A DNA stretch of 63,884 bases, counting the filler, from a bacterium (GTDB lineage: Bacteria; UBA9089; CG2-30-40-21; SBAY01), in NCBI GenBank assembly GCA_040757115.1. It is 10 parts of 10 records of this genome, joined end to end, with 100 filler letters (N's around TTAATTAATTAA, not from the genome) between each part and the next. Parts side by side here need not be neighbours in the genome. Positions count along the whole stretch, not along the records: positions 1 to 26,837 come from JBFLYA010000029.1; positions 26,938 to 31,207 come from JBFLYA010000294.1; 8 more parts are not named here. One strand, written 5' to 3'. The number at the start of each line of letters is the position of its first letter. The first letter of the stretch is position 1. Position numbers and translations under genes: made by a program. Positions 14,001-27,982 of the stretch are shown here, piece after piece. Under the pieces are notes generated by a model, which saw nothing but the letters and a program-made list of their open reading frames with translations, had not been told where the DNA came from and did no database searches.

Positions 14001-17000
14001 AAGGTTGTGTATCAATAGTAAATGTCGTCGTGAAACTACCTTCAATTGCGGCTGAGGTCGTTGTAATCGTCTTTGTTGTGCCAAAGTGGATATAAACTGT
14101 TTCATTCGCCGCATAGCCTGTGCCTCGGATTGTAACGATTGTCCCTACTGTCTCTTCTTTTGGTGTTACAAACCATAATTCTGGTAATATCTTGAAGTTA
14201 TTTATGGCACTACCTGAATTCAAGCCTACTGCTGTTATCGTCGTCGAACCATAAGGTTGTGTATCAATAGTAAATGTCGTCGTGAAACTACCTTCAATTG
14301 CGGCTGAGGTCGTCGTAATCGTCTTTGTTGTGCCAAAGTGAATGTAAACTGTTTCATTTCCTGCATAGCCTGTGCCTCGGATCGTTACGATTGTCCCTAC
14401 TGTCCCTTCACCTAACACCACTGACCATAATTCTGGCAGTATCTTGAAGTTATTGCTTGCCTGACCTGAACTCAAACCTAACGCTGTTATGGTCGTAGAA
14501 CCATACGGTTGTGTATCAATAGTAAATGTCGTTGTGAAACTACCTTCAATTGCGACTGAGGTCGTCGTGATTGTCTTTGTTGTGCCAAAGTGGATATAAA
14601 CTAATTCATTCGCCGCATAGCCGGTGCCTCGGATTGTTACGATTGTTCCTACTATCCCTTCACCTAACACCACTGACCATAATTCTGGCAGTATCTTGAA
14701 GTCATTGCTTGCCTGACCTGAACTCAAACCTAACGCTGTTATGGTCGTAGAACCATACGGTTGTGTATCAATAGTAAATGTCGTTGTGAAACTACCTTCA
14801 ATTGCGGCTGAAGTCGTCGTGATTGTATTTGTTGTCCCAAAGTGGATGTAAATTAATTCCTGTGCCGCATAGCCTGTGCCTCGTATCGTAACAACTGTTC
14901 CTACTGTCCCTTCCGCAAGTACCACTGACCATAACTCTGGCAGTATCTTGAAGTCATTTATTGCCTTATCTGAACTCAAACCTAACGCTGTTATGGTTGT
15001 AGAACCATAAGGTTGTGTATCTATGGTAAATGTTGTGGTAAAGCTACCCTGTATATCTGAAGATATAGTTGTTATCGTATTAGTTGTGCCAAAGTGGATA
15101 TAGACTAACTCATTCGCCGCATAGCCTGTCCCTCGAATCGTTACTACCTGACCAACTGTCCCTTCTGCTGGACCGACATACCACAATTCTGGCAGTATCT
15201 TGAAGTAGTTAATCCCTTCTCCCTGAGATATTAATCCAGTAGCTTTAATGGTAGTGTTACCATAGGCCTGGGTATCTATGGTAAAGGTAACTGTCCAACT
15301 ACCTATGCCATCTGCTTGTGTTGTCGTTATCGTTGATTTAACTCCAAAGTCTATCCTTATTTGCTCACTGGCTAAATACCCTGTTCCTCTAATCGTAACA
15401 ATAGTTCCTACCGTTCCTTCTGTCGGTGTAACTGAATATAATTCTGCCATTATCTTGAAGTAATTGATAGCTGAACCTGAACTCAACCCTACGGCTGTAA
15501 TAGTTGTAGAGCCACAAGATTGTGTATCTATAGTAAAGGTTGTAGTCCAGATACCCTGTCCATCTGCAGATGTTGTCGTTATGGTATTTGTTGTCCCAAA
15601 GTGGATATAGACTAACTCATTCGCCGCATAGCCTGTCCCTCGAATTGTTACTATCTTACCTACTGTTCCTTCTGTTGGACTGACAGACCATAATTCTGGC
15701 AGTATCTTGAAGTCATTTATTGCCTTGTCTGAACTCAAACCTAATGCTGTTATAGTTGTAGAGCCATAAGGTTGTGTATCTACGGTAAATGTTGTGGTGA
15801 AGCTACCTTCTATGGCTGACGAGGTAGTCGTTATGGTGTAAGTTGTGCCAAAGTGAATATAAACTAATTCATTCGCCGCATATCCTGTCCCTCGAATTGT
15901 TACTATCTTACCTACCGTTCCTTCTGCTGGATTTACATACCACAACTCTGGTAGTATCTTGAAGTAGTTAATTGCCTTCGAACCCAATGCGGTTATCGTT
16001 GTCGCTCCATAAGGCTGTGTATCTATAGTGAATGTTGTAGTAAATGAACCTGCTATATTCGACATAGTAGTTGTAATCGTATTAGTTGTGCCAAAATGTA
16101 TGGTTATATCTTTATTCGCACCATATCCCATTCCACTGATGGTAACTACTGTCCCTACTGTCCCTTCAGTCGGTGTAACCTCATAAACTGAAGATAATAT
16201 CATAAAGTAATTAGTTGCCTTATCTGAACTCAAACCTAATGCTGTTATCGTTGTAGAGCCATAAGATTGGGTATCTATGGTAAATGTTGTGGTGAAGCTA
16301 CCTTCTATGGCTGAAGAAGTAGTTGTTATGGTATTAGTTGTGCCAAAGTGGATATAGACTAACTCATTCGCCGCATAGCCTGTCCCTCGAATTGTTACTA
16401 TACTCCCTACTGTTCCTTCTGCTGGATTGACATACCATAACTCTGGTAATATCTTGAAGTCATTGCTTGCCTGACCTGAACTCAAACCTAACGCTGTTAT
16501 CGTTGTAGAGCCATAAGGTTGTGTATCTATGGTGAATGTTGTGGTCCAGCTACCTTCTACATCTACAGAGGTAGTCGTTATCGTATTAGTCGTGCCAAAG
16601 TGGATATAAACTAATTCATTCGCCGCATAGCCGGTGCCTCGGATCGTTACGATTGTTCCTACTGTCCCTTCCGCAAGCACCACTGACCATAACTCTGGCA
16701 GTATCTTGAAGTCATTTATTGCCTTATCTGAACTCAAACCTAATGCTGTTATGGTTGTAGAACCATAAGGTTGTGTATCAATAGTAAATGTCGTCGTGAA
16801 ACTACCTTCAATTGCGGCTGAGGTCGTCGTGATTGTCTTTGTTGTGCCAAAGTGGATATAAACTAACTCATTCGCCGCATAGCCTCTCCCGCGAATTGTT
16901 ACCATACTTCCTACTGTTCCTTCTGCTGGATTGACATACCATAACTCGGGTAGTATCTTGAAGTCATTTGTCGCTTGCCCTGAATTCAACCCTAACGCTG

Positions 17001-20000
17001 TTATAGTTGTGCTACCATAAGGTTGCGTATCCACTGTAAATGTTGTGGTAAAGCTACCTTGTATATCCGATGAAACAGTAGTTATCGTATTGGTTGTACC
17101 AAAGTGAATGTAAATTCTCTCATTCGCCGCATAGCCTGTCCCTCGAATCATTACTACTTGACCCACTGTCCCTTCGGCTGGATTGACATACCATAATTCT
17201 GGCAGTATCTTGAAGTCATTTGTCGCTTGCCCTGAATTCAACCCTAACGCTGTTATAGTTGTGCTACGATAAGGTTGCGTATCCACTGTAAATGTTGTGG
17301 TAAAGCTACCTTCTATGGCTGCAGATGTAGTTGTTATAGTGTTGGTTGTGCCAAAGTGGATGTAAATTCTCTCATTCGCCGCATAGCCTGTCCCTCTTAT
17401 CGTTACTATCTTACCTACTGTCCCTTCTGCCGGATTGACATACCATAATTCTGGTAATATCTTGAAGTCATTGCTTGCCTGACCTGAACTTAAACCTAAC
17501 GCTGTTATAGTTGTAGAACCATAAGGTTGTGTATCTATGGTAAATGTAGTGGTGAAGCTACCCTGTATGTCTGCAGATGTTGTCGTTATCGTATTAGTCG
17601 TGCCAAAGTGGACATAAACTAACTCATTCGCCGCATAGCCTGTCCCTCGAATCGTTATTACCTTTCCTACTGTCCCTTCTGCTGGATTGACATACCAAAC
17701 TTGAGGCAGTATCTTGAAGTAGTTAATTGCCTTAGAACCTAATGCGGTTATCGTTGTCGTCCCATAAGGTTGTGTATCTACGGTAAAGGTAGTAGTAAAC
17801 GAACCGGCTATATTCGAAGAAGTAGTGGTAATCGTATTTGTTGTGCCAAAATGTATAGTTATATCTTTAAACGCCCCATATCCCATCCCACTGATGGTAA
17901 CGATTGTCCCTACCGTCCCTTCAGTCGGTGTAACCTCGTAAACTGAAGATAATACCATAAAGTAGTTAATAGCCTTATCTGAACTCAACCCAACGGCAGT
18001 AATAGTTGTAGAGCCATAAGATTGGGTATCTACGGTAAAGGTAGTGCTAAAGCTACCCTGTATGTCTGCAGATGTAGTTGTTATCGTCTTTGTTGTCCCA
18101 AAGTGGATATAAACTAACTCATTGGCTTCATACCCTGTCCCTCTTATCATCACGGTGCTGCCAACTGTTCCCTTTGGTGGAATGACATACCAGACGGCTG
18201 GCATTATCTTATAATCATTAATAGCCTGCCCTGAACTTAATCCCAAAGCTGTTATGGTTGTAGAGCCATAATTCTGCGTATCAATTGTAAATGTCGTGGT
18301 GAAACTACCCTGAATATCTGAAGATGTAGTTGTTATGGTGTTAGTTGTGCCAAAGTGGATATAAACTAACTCATTCGCCGCATAGCCTGTGCCACGAATC
18401 GTTACTATACTCCCTACTGTCCCTTCTGCTGGATTGACATACCAAACTTGAGGTAGTATCTTGAAGTAGTTAATTGCCTTCGAACCTAAAGCGGTTATCG
18501 TTGTCGTGCCATAAGGTTGTGTATCTATGGTAAAGGTAGTAGTAAATGAACCTGCTATATTTGACACAGTGGTTGTAATCGTATTAGTCGTGCCAAAATG
18601 TATAGTTATATCTTTATTTGCACCATAACCCATTCCACTGATGGTAACTATTGTTCCTACCGTCCCTTCAGTCGGCGTAACCTGATAAACTGAAGATAAT
18701 ATCATAAAGTAGTTACTGGCTTTATCTGAACTTAACCCTACGGCTGTAATCGTTGTAGAGCCATAAGATTGGGTATCTATGGTAAAGGTTGTTGTCCAGC
18801 TACCCTGTCCATCTGAAGATGTAGTTGTTATGGTATTAGTTGTGCCAAAGTGAATGTAAATTCTCTCATTTGCCGCATACCCTGTCCCTCTTATCGTTAC
18901 TATCATACCTACTGTTCCTTCTACTGGATTGACAGACCAAACTTGAGGCAGTATCTTGAAGTCATTGCTTGCCTGTCCTGAACTCAAACCTAATGCTGTT
19001 ATCGTGGTAAAGCCATAAGGTTGTGTATCTATGGTAAATGTTGTTGTGAAGCTTCCCTGTGTATCTACAGATGTAGTCATTATGGTATTAATTGTGCCAA
19101 AGTGGATATAGACTAACTCATTTGCCGCATAGCCTGTCCCTCTTATTGTTATTACCTTGCCTACTGTCCCTTCTGCTGGACTGACATACCATAATTCTGG
19201 TAATATCTTGAAGTCATTGCTTGCCTGACCTGAACTTAAACCTAACGCTGTTATCGTTGTAGAGCCATAAGGTTGAGTATCTATGGTAAAGGTAGTGGTG
19301 AAGCTACCCTGTATATCTACAGATGTAGTCGTTATCGTGTTAGTTGTGCCAAAGTGGATATAGACTAATTCATTCGCCGCATATCCTGTCCCTCGAATCG
19401 TTACGATATTTCCTCCTGTTCCTTCTGCTGGCTCAACATACCATAATTCTGGCAGTATCTTGAAGTCATTACTTGCCTTATCTGAATTTAAGCCTAACGC
19501 TGTTATGGTTGTAAAGCCATAAGGTTGTGTATCTATGGTGAATGTAGTAGTAAAGCTACCTTCATTGGCTGAAGATGTAGTCGTTATCGTCTTTGTCGTT
19601 CCAAAGTGGATATAAACTAACTCATTAGCCGCATAGCCTGTCCCTCGAATCGTTACTATGCTCCCTACTGTCCCTTCTGCTGGATTGACAGACCACAATT
19701 CTGGCAGTATCTTGAAGTCATTTGTCGCTTGCCCTGAATTCAACCCTAACGCTGTTATAGTTGTGCTACCATAAGGTTGCGTATCCACTGTAAATGTTGT
19801 GGTAAAGCTACCTTGTATATCGGATGAAACAATAGTTATGGTATTAGTTGTACCAAAGTGGATGTAAATTCTCTCATTCGCCGCATAGCCGGTGCCTCTT
19901 ATCGTTACTACCTTCCCTACTGTTCCTTCTGCTGGATTAACAGACCATAATTCTGGTAGTATCTTGAAGTCATTGCTTGCCTGACCTGAATTCAACCCTA

Positions 20001-23000
20001 CTGAAGTTATGGTTGTAGAACCATAAGGTTGTGTATCTATGGTAAATGTAGTTGTGAATCTACCCTGTATGTCTGCAGATGTTGTCGTTATCGTATTAGT
20101 CGTGCCAAAGTGGATATAGACTAATTCATTTGCCGCATATCCTGTCCCTCGAATCGTTACTACCTTGCCTACCGTTCCTTCTGCTGGATTTACATACCAC
20201 AACTCTGACAGTATCTTGAAGTAGTTAATTGCCTTAGAACCTATAGCGGTTATCGTTGTCGTCCCATAAGGTTGTGTATCTACGGTAAAGGTAGTAGTAA
20301 ACGAACCTGCTATATTCGAAGAAGTAGTGGTAATCGTATTTGTTGTGCCAAAATGTATAGTTATATCTTTAAACGCCCCATATCCCATCCCACTGATGGT
20401 AACTATCGTCCCTACCGTCCCTTCAGTCGGTGTAACCTCGTAAACTGAAGATAATACCATAAAGTAGTTAATAGCCTTATCTGAACTCAACCCAACGGCA
20501 GTAATAGTTGTAGAGCCATAAGATTGGGTATCTACGGTAAAGGTAGTGCTAAAGCTACCCTGTATGTCTGCAGATGTAGTCGTTATCGTGTTAGTTGTGC
20601 CAAACTGGATATAGACTAACTCATTCGCCGCATATCCTGTCCCTCGAATCGTTACTATCTTACCTACTGTCCCTTCTGCTGGATTGACAGACCAAACTTG
20701 AGGCAGTATCTTGAAGTCGTTGCTTGCCTGACCGGAATTTAACCCTACTGAAGTTATCGTTGTAGAACCATAAGGTTGTGTATCTATGGTAAATGTAGTC
20801 GTAAAGCTACCCTGTCCATCTACAGATGTTGTCGTTATCGTATTAGTCGTGCCCAAGTGAATATAGACTAACTCATTCGCCGCATAACCTGTCCCTCGAA
20901 TCGTTACTACCTTCCCTACTGTCCCTTCTGCTGGATTAACATACCACAACTCTGGCAGTATCTTGAAGTGGTTAATTGCCAGAGAACCTAATGCCGTTAT
21001 CGTTGTCGTCCCATAAGGTTGTGTATCTATGGTAAAGGTAGTGGTAAATGAACCGGCTATGTTCGATAAAGTAGTAGCAATGGTGTTTGTCGTGCCAAAA
21101 TGTATGGTTATGTCTTTGAACGCACCATAACCCGCGGCACTTATCGTAACTATTGTTCCTACTGTCCCTTCTGTCGGTGTAACTTGATAAACTGAAGATA
21201 ATATCTTAAAGTAGTTACTTGCCTTATCTGAACTCAAACCTAATGCTGTAATCGTTGTAGAACCATAAGGTTCTGTATCTATGGTAAATGTAGTGGTGAA
21301 ACTACCTTCATTGGCTGAAGAAGTAGTTCTTATCGTGTTAGTCGTGCCAAAGTGGATATAAACTAACTCATTCGCCGCATAGCCTGTCCCTCGAATCGTT
21401 ACTATACTCCCTACTGTTCCTTCAACTGGACTGACATACCATAATTCTGGCAGTATCTTGAAGTCATTGCTTGCCTGACCTGAATTCAAGCCTACTGCAG
21501 TTATCGTTGTAGAACCATAAGGTTGAGTATCTATGGTGAATGTCGTTGTCCAGCTACCTTCTATATCTACAGATGTTGTCGTTATGGTGTTGGTCGTGCC
21601 AAAGTGGATATAGACTAATTCCTGTGCCGTATATCCTGTCCCTCGAATCGTTACTACCTTACCTACCGTCCCTTCTGCTGGATTGACATACCACAACTCT
21701 GGCAGTATCTTGAAGTAGTTAATTGCCACAGAACCTAATGCCGTTATCGTTGTCGTGCCATAAGGTTGTGTATCTACGGTAAATGTTGTAGTCCATGAAC
21801 CTGCGATATTCGTAGAAGTAGTCGTAATGGTATTAGTTGTTCCAAAATGTATGGTTATGTCTTTGAACGCCCCATATCCCATTCCACTGATGGTAACGAT
21901 TGTTCCTACCGTTCCTTCAATCGGTGTAACCTGATAAACTGAAGATAATATCTTAAAGTAGTTGCTTGCCTTATCTGAACTTAATCCTGAGGCTGTAATC
22001 GTTGTAGAGCCATAAGGTTGTGTATCTATGGTAAATGTTGTTGTGAAACTACCTTCTATACCTGCAGATGTAGTCGTTATGGTGTTAGTTGTGCCAAAGT
22101 GGATATAAACTAATTCCTGCCCTTCATATCCTGTCCCTTTTATCGTTACTATAGTTCCTACTGTCCCTTCGGTTGGAGTTACAAACCAAAGTTCTGGCAG
22201 TATCTTGAAGTAGCTAACCGCCTGCCGTAAATCTGAATCTGATGCTGTTATTGTTGTAGAGCCATAATTCTGGGTATCAATTGTAAAGGTAGTGGTAAAG
22301 CTGCCTTCGGCACAGGTAGAAGTCAATTGAATTGTTTGTGTTGTCCCAAAATCTATTCTTATCGTATCTGATGCCCTGAATCCATTTCCTCTCACGGTTA
22401 TTACTGTTCCCACTGTTCCAGAATCTGGTGTAACCAGAACAATATTCGATGACACAGTTAATGTCCCTTCTGCGAATATTCCGTTTCCATAGGCAATAAT
22501 GGTTGTTATACCCGCCTGTTGTGTATCTATGGTAAATGTGGTGGTGAAACTTCCCTCTGCGTAGGTAGAGATTATCTGTATTGTTGGCGTAGTCCCAAAT
22601 TCTACCCTGATTGTCTCTGATGCTCGATAACCATTTCCTCTTAATGTTACTATCGTTCCTACTGTCCCTGAATTTGGTGTAATCAGAATAATATTAGGTA
22701 ATATGGTCAATGTGCCTGCAGATAATATTCCATTTCCATGACTAACAATAGTTGTTCTGCCATAAGGTTGTGTATCTATAGTAAAGGTGGTGGTGAAACT
22801 ACCTTCGGCATAGGTAGAAGTTAGTTGTATTGTAGGCGTAGTCCCAAATTCTACCCTTATTATCTCTGATGCTCCATAACCATTCCCTCGAACTGTGATT
22901 ATCGTTCCTACTGTCCCTGAACTCGGTGTAATCAAAATGGTATTAGGTAATATGGTTAATGTGCCTGCGGATAATATCCCGTTTCCATGAGCAATAATAG

Positions 23001-26000
23001 TGGTTATACCATAAGGTTGTGTATCTATGGTAAATGTAGTAGTCCAACTCCCTTCTGCATAAGTAGAGGTTAGTTGTATAGTTGGCGTAGTCCCAAATTC
23101 TACCCTGATTATTTCGAATGCCCAATATCCATTCCCTCTTAAGGTTATTATCGTTCCTACGGTTCCTGAAGTTGGTGTAACAAGAATGATATTGGGTTGA
23201 ATACTAATAGTCCCTTGAGCCGAAATGCCTTGTGCATCTCCATGAGCAACAATCGTTGTTATGCCATATTGTTGTGTATCTATGGTAAATGTGGTAGTGA
23301 AGCTACCATATACTTCTGTTGAAACTAATTGAATTGTTGGAGTAATACCAAATGCTATTCTTACCGTATCCGATGCGGCATAGCCATTTCCACTCACAGT
23401 TATTATCATTCCCACTGTCCCTGAACTCGGTGTAATCAGAATGATATTAGGTAAGATGGTAAATGTTCCTGATGCATCCTCACTTCCATGTGTGGTAATA
23501 GTCGTAATACCATAAGGTTGAGTATCAATTGTCCAGGTAGTGGTAAAGCTGCCTTCGGCATAGGTAGAGGTAATTTGAATAGTAGATGTCGTTCCAAAGT
23601 CTATGCTTAAAGTCTTGGATGCCCCAAATCCATTACCTTGTAATGTTACTACCGTGCCCACAGTTCCACTATTGGGTGTAATGTTAATTATATTTGGAAT
23701 AATGAAGAAGTAGCCTTCTGCCGAACTCATATTGGTAGCAATAATCGTTGTTGTTCCATATCTCTGGGTATCTATCGTAAAGGTAGCAGTAAATGACCCT
23801 ATTTCATCCGTAGAAGTAGTCGTTATAGTTGGATGTGTTCCAAAACTAATGGTTATTGTCTCTGACGCCCCATAACCATTACCGGCTACGGTTATTATCG
23901 TTCCCACAGTTCCAATAGAAGGCGTAACGGTAATGATATTAGGTATAATAGAGAGGTCATCAACAGCATAACTTGAGTCTAATCCTCTGGCAATAATAGT
24001 TGTAGAACCATATTTCTGGGTATCAATAGTAAAGGTTGTAGTAAATGAACCGATGTTATCACTTGAAGTGGTAGTAATAGTAGAATAATTACCAAAGTCA
24101 ATTTGGACTTTTTCATTCGCCTTGTATCCATTTCCTTTCAAAGTAACTATTGTGCCTACACTACCTCTATCAGGTGAAACGACAATAATATTTGGTATGA
24201 TAAATACCTGGGTTATTTCCTCTTCACCAGAAGTTAGACCTTTAATTACCACAGTGGTATTTCCATAAGGTTGTGTATCAATGGTAAAGATAGCGGTATA
24301 AGTTCCTACCGCATTTGAAGTCGCTGTTCCGATAGTCGTAGTTGTTCCAAAACTAATCCGTATTGTCTCGGTAGCTCCATACCCATCACCTTGCACGGTA
24401 ATAGTTGTGCCCACAGTTCCAATGATAGGAGTAGTATAGGTAATTCTGCCAATAATATCAAATATTCTATCTTCAAAGTCTAAAGTCAGCACATCTTGAA
24501 CCATGACAGTAGTTGAACCTGCAGGTTGCGTATCAACCGTAAAGGTAGTAGCAAATCTTCCTCCTGTATCAGCAGTTAGGACAACAATACTTCTCGTTGT
24601 GCCAAAATCTATTCTTATTTCATTTCCTACACCAAAACCACTTCCTTTAATATCAACGATGGTTCCAATAGTCCCAAAGACAGGTGATATAAATGAGATA
24701 CCAGGTATAACGGTAAATGTAGCTACCCCTTGTGCACCCGTTGTAAGACCTGTAGCAGTTACTGTTTGATTTGCAGATACCTCAGGCACAGTAAAGATTG
24801 ATGTAAATTGCCCATTTCGTTGAGAAGTAACATAAGTTAATGTCGGTTTGTCGCTAAAATCAATCCGGACAGATTCTGAGGCGCCAAATCCATCACCATA
24901 AACTGTAATTTCAAGTCCAATAGCACCTTTAGGTGGCACTATCTTAACAATTCTACTCTTCATATCGAAGAAATTACTTGCCTGATGTGCATTTTGTTGT
25001 CCTACTGCTGTGATAGTAGTAGTCGCATAAGGTTGAGCATTGGCAGTAAATGTTGTTGTCCAACTACCCTCTATATCAGAAACAACCGTAGTAATGGTAT
25101 TAGTTATACCGAAGTGGATATAAACCACCTCTGTCCCACAATAGCCCGTGCCTCTTATCGTAATAGTCGTGCCTACTGTCCCGGAAGTTGGAGTTACAGA
25201 CCACAACTCTGGTAATATCTTGAAGTCATTTATCGCCTCGCCTAAATTCAGACCTACCGCAGTAATTGTTGTTGAACCATACGGTTGTGTATTAACAGTA
25301 AATGTTGTAGTCCAGCTCCCTTCGATTGCCGCTGATGTCGTGGTAATCGTCTTTGTTGTCCCAAAGTGGATATAAATTAACTCATTCGCCGCATAGCCGG
25401 TGCCTCGGATTGTTACGATTGTTCCCACTGTCCCTTCGGCTAACACCACTGACCATAATTCTGGCAGTATCTTGAAGTCATTTATGGCACTACCTGAACT
25501 CAGACCTACCGCAGTGATTGTCATCGAACCATACGGTTGTGTATCAATAGTAAATGTCGTTGTGAAACTACCTTCGATTACGGCTGAGGTCGTCGTAATC
25601 GTCTTTGTTGTGCCAAAGTGAATGTAAATTAACTCATTTGCCGCATAACCGGTGCCTCGGATTGTTACGATTGTCCCTACTGTCCCTTCCGCAAGCACCA
25701 CTGACCATAATTCTGGCAATATCTTGAAGTTATTTATGGCACTACCTGAATTCAAGCCAACTGCTGTTATCGTTGTCGAACCATAAGGTTGCGTATCAAT
25801 GGTAAATGTTGTTGTGAAACTACCTTCGATTGCGGCTGAGGTCGTTGTAATTGTCTTTGTTGTCCCAAAGTGAATGTAAACTAACTCATTCGCCGCATAG
25901 CCGGTCCCTCGTATCGTAACAATTGTCCCAACTGTCCCTTCTGCAAGCACCACTGACCATAACTCTGGCAATATCTTGAAGTAATTAATCCCTTCTCCAC

Positions 26001-26837
26001 CACTTGTTAATCCTGTTGCCTTGATTGTGGTTCTATCATAAGGTTGTGTATCGATGGTAAAGGTAACTGTCCAGCTACCTGTTCCATCTGCCTGTGTTGT
26101 GGTAATACTTGATGTTGTGCCAAAGTCTATTCTTACTTCTTCATTGGCTTTATAACCTGTGCCTTTAATCGTAACAATTGTTCCTACTGTGCCCTCTGTT
26201 GGTGTTACTGAATATAACTCAACAGTTATCTTGAAGTAATTTATCGCACTGTTAGAATTCAATCCTACAGCGGTTATTGTCGTCGAGCCAAATCCTTGTG
26301 TATCAACAGTGAATGTTGTCGTGAAACTACCTTCGATTGCGGCTGAGGTCGTCGTGATTGTCTTTGTTGTGCCAAAATGAATGTAAATTAACTCATTCGC
26401 CGCATAGCCTGTGCCTCGTATCGTCACGATTGTTCCAACTGTTCCTTCTTTTGGCGTTACAGACCATAATTCCGGTAATATCTTGAAGTCATTTATGGCA
26501 CTACCTGAATTCAAGCCAACCGCTGTTATCGTCGTCGAACCATAAGGTTGTGTATCAATAGTAAATATCGTTGTGAAACTACCTTCGATTGCGGCTGAGG
26601 TCGTTGTGATTGTCTTTGTTGTGCCAAAGTGAATGTAAACTAACTCATTCGCCGCATAACCGGTGCCTCGGATTGTTACGATTGTCCCTACTGTCCCTTC
26701 GGCTAACACCACTGACCATAACTCTGGCAGTATCTTGAAGTCATTTATGGCACTACCTGAATTCAATCCAACCGCTGTTATCGTCGTCGAACCATAAGGT
26801 TGCGTATCAATGGTAAATGTTGTTGTGAAACTACCTT
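2029..26837 (-). CDS. Giant repetitive surface protein (>8,245 aa, 5' end lost in gap): ~75-80 IPT/TIG-like Ig repeats, 13 repeats of a second beta-sandwich type, C-terminal FlgD-Ig/T9SS-CTD-like domain
   Basis: The frame is open up to the N-linker at 26838. Repeat unit ~82 aa (V.P.EGTVGTIVTIRGTGY..NE...IHFGTT.TITTTS...GSFTTTFTIDTQPYG.TTITA.G). C-terminus AYNCPNP...NIYDIAGDLV...IEWKGRNDVGKEVANGVYIFRM...KLGKIAVIR. Confidence 0.9.
2440..7100 (-). repeat. 13 diverged ~110-120 aa repeats (P.LSW.G...Y..DG..P..G....FTYKV.Y.D.D.D.P..GYP) within the giant protein
   Basis: Counted from the translation, from PPQLRWTGESGYTQDG to APILTWTGESGFTSDG. Boundaries are approximate. Confidence 0.8.
7680..26837 (-). 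repeat. Tandem ~246-nt coding repeats (Thr/Gly/Ile-rich Ig-like units)
   Basis: Recurrent CCATAAGGTTGTGTATC and GTGCCAAAGTGGATATA motifs at ~240-250 nt spacing. Copy number is estimated from span. Confidence 0.9.
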
Positions 26838-26937
26838 NNNNNNNNNNNNNNNNNNNNNNNNNNNNNNNNNNNNNNNNNNNNTTAATTAATTAANNNNNNN
26901 NNNNNNNNNNNNNNNNNNNNNNNNNNNNNNNNNNNNN
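26838..26937. other. Artificial contig linker (N-run with TTAATTAATTAA); further copies at 31208-31307, 35557-35656, 39898-39997, 44233-44332, 48510-48609, 52756-52855, 56997-57096, 61171-61270
   Basis: Nine identical 100-nt spacers, each with a six-frame stop cassette. Confidence 0.98.
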
Positions 26938-27981
26938 GGGATAATTGCCCAATATAAAGATTTTTTACCTGTGAGGGATAAAACCCCAATAATTACTTTA
27001 AAAGAAGGTAATACCCCTTTAATTGAGGCTAAAAATTTAAGTGAGGCAATTGGTGGAAATCTCAAGATTTATTTAAAATATGAGGGACTAAATCCAACGG
27101 GTTCTTTTAAAGATAGAGGTATGACCCTGGCTATTTCCAGGGCAGTCGAAGAAGGTTCCAAGGCAGTAATGTGTGCTTCAACAGGAAATACTTCTGCCTC
27201 AGCGGCCTGCTATGCCGCTCTGGCAAAAATAGATTGTGTGGTATTAATTCCTGAAGGGGCAATTGCCTTAGGGAAACTCGCTCAAGCCTTAATGCATGGT
27301 GCAAAAGTCCTGGCTGTTCAGGGAAATTTTGATGATGCCTTAAATTTAGTCCGCGAAATCACCGCTAAATATCCAGTTACATTAGTCAATTCCATTAATC
27401 CTTATCGGATAGAAGGGCAAAAAACAGGTGCTTTTGAAATAGTGGATGTTTTGGGTAAAGCCCCTGATTATCACGCCATTCCAGTTGGTAATGCGGGGAA
27501 TATCACTGCCTATTGGAAGGGCTATAAAGAATATAAACAAGCAGGTAAAGTAGCCTCTTTACCCAAAATGCTTGGTTTTCAAGCCGCTGGGGCAGCACCA
27601 ATCGTCGAAGGCAGAGTAATTGAAAATCCACAAACGATTGCTACCGCTATAAAAATTGGTAATCCTGCCAGTTGGAAACAGGCATCTGCCGCCAGGGATG
27701 AATCCGGCGGAATAATTGATAAGGTAACAGATGAAGAAATTATTGAGGCGTATAAAATGCTTGCCTCTTTAGAAGGAGTCTTTGTCGAACCAGCATCAGC
27801 CGCATCTGTGGCTGGTGTAATTAAACTAAATAAACAAAACTATTTTAACCGATTATCAACTATTGTCTGTATCTTGACCGGACATGGACTAAAAGACCCT
27901 GATAGAGCAATTAAAGTTGCTCCTCAACCCACTGTAGTGCCAGCAAAGTTAGAAAAGATAGTAGAACTTTTGGGGTATTAA
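26938..27981 (+). CDS. thrC: Threonine synthase (5'-partial)
   Basis: [23 protein letters not shown] (PLP lysine), ASTGNTSAS and PVGNAGNI. The frame is open from the contig start ([12 protein letters not shown]...). Confidence 0.96.
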   Translation, partial: GIIAQYKDFLPVRDKTPIITLKEGNTPLIEAKNLSEAIGGNLKIYLKYEGLNPTGSFKDRGMTLAISRAVEEGSKAVMCASTGNTSASAACYAALAKIDCVVLIPEGAIALGKLAQALMHGAKVLAVQGNFDDALNLVREITAKYPVTLVNSINPYRIEGQKTGAFEIVDVLGKAPDYHAIPVGNAGNITAYWKGYKEYKQAGKVASLPKMLGFQAAGAAPIVEGRVIENPQTIATAIKIGNPASWKQASAARDESGGIIDKVTDEEIIEAYKMLASLEGVFVEPASAASVAGVIKLNKQNYFNRLSTIVCILTGHGLKDPDRAIKVAPQPTVVPAKLEKIVELLGY

Positions 27982-27982
27982 A

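Noticed and set aside
4266-25621. Many short ORFs overlapping the giant gene
   Set aside because: Antisense or alternate-frame shadows of repetitive coding sequence.
7680-26837. Regularly spaced DNA repeats as a CRISPR array
   Set aside because: These are in-frame coding repeats with third-position variation inside one ORF.
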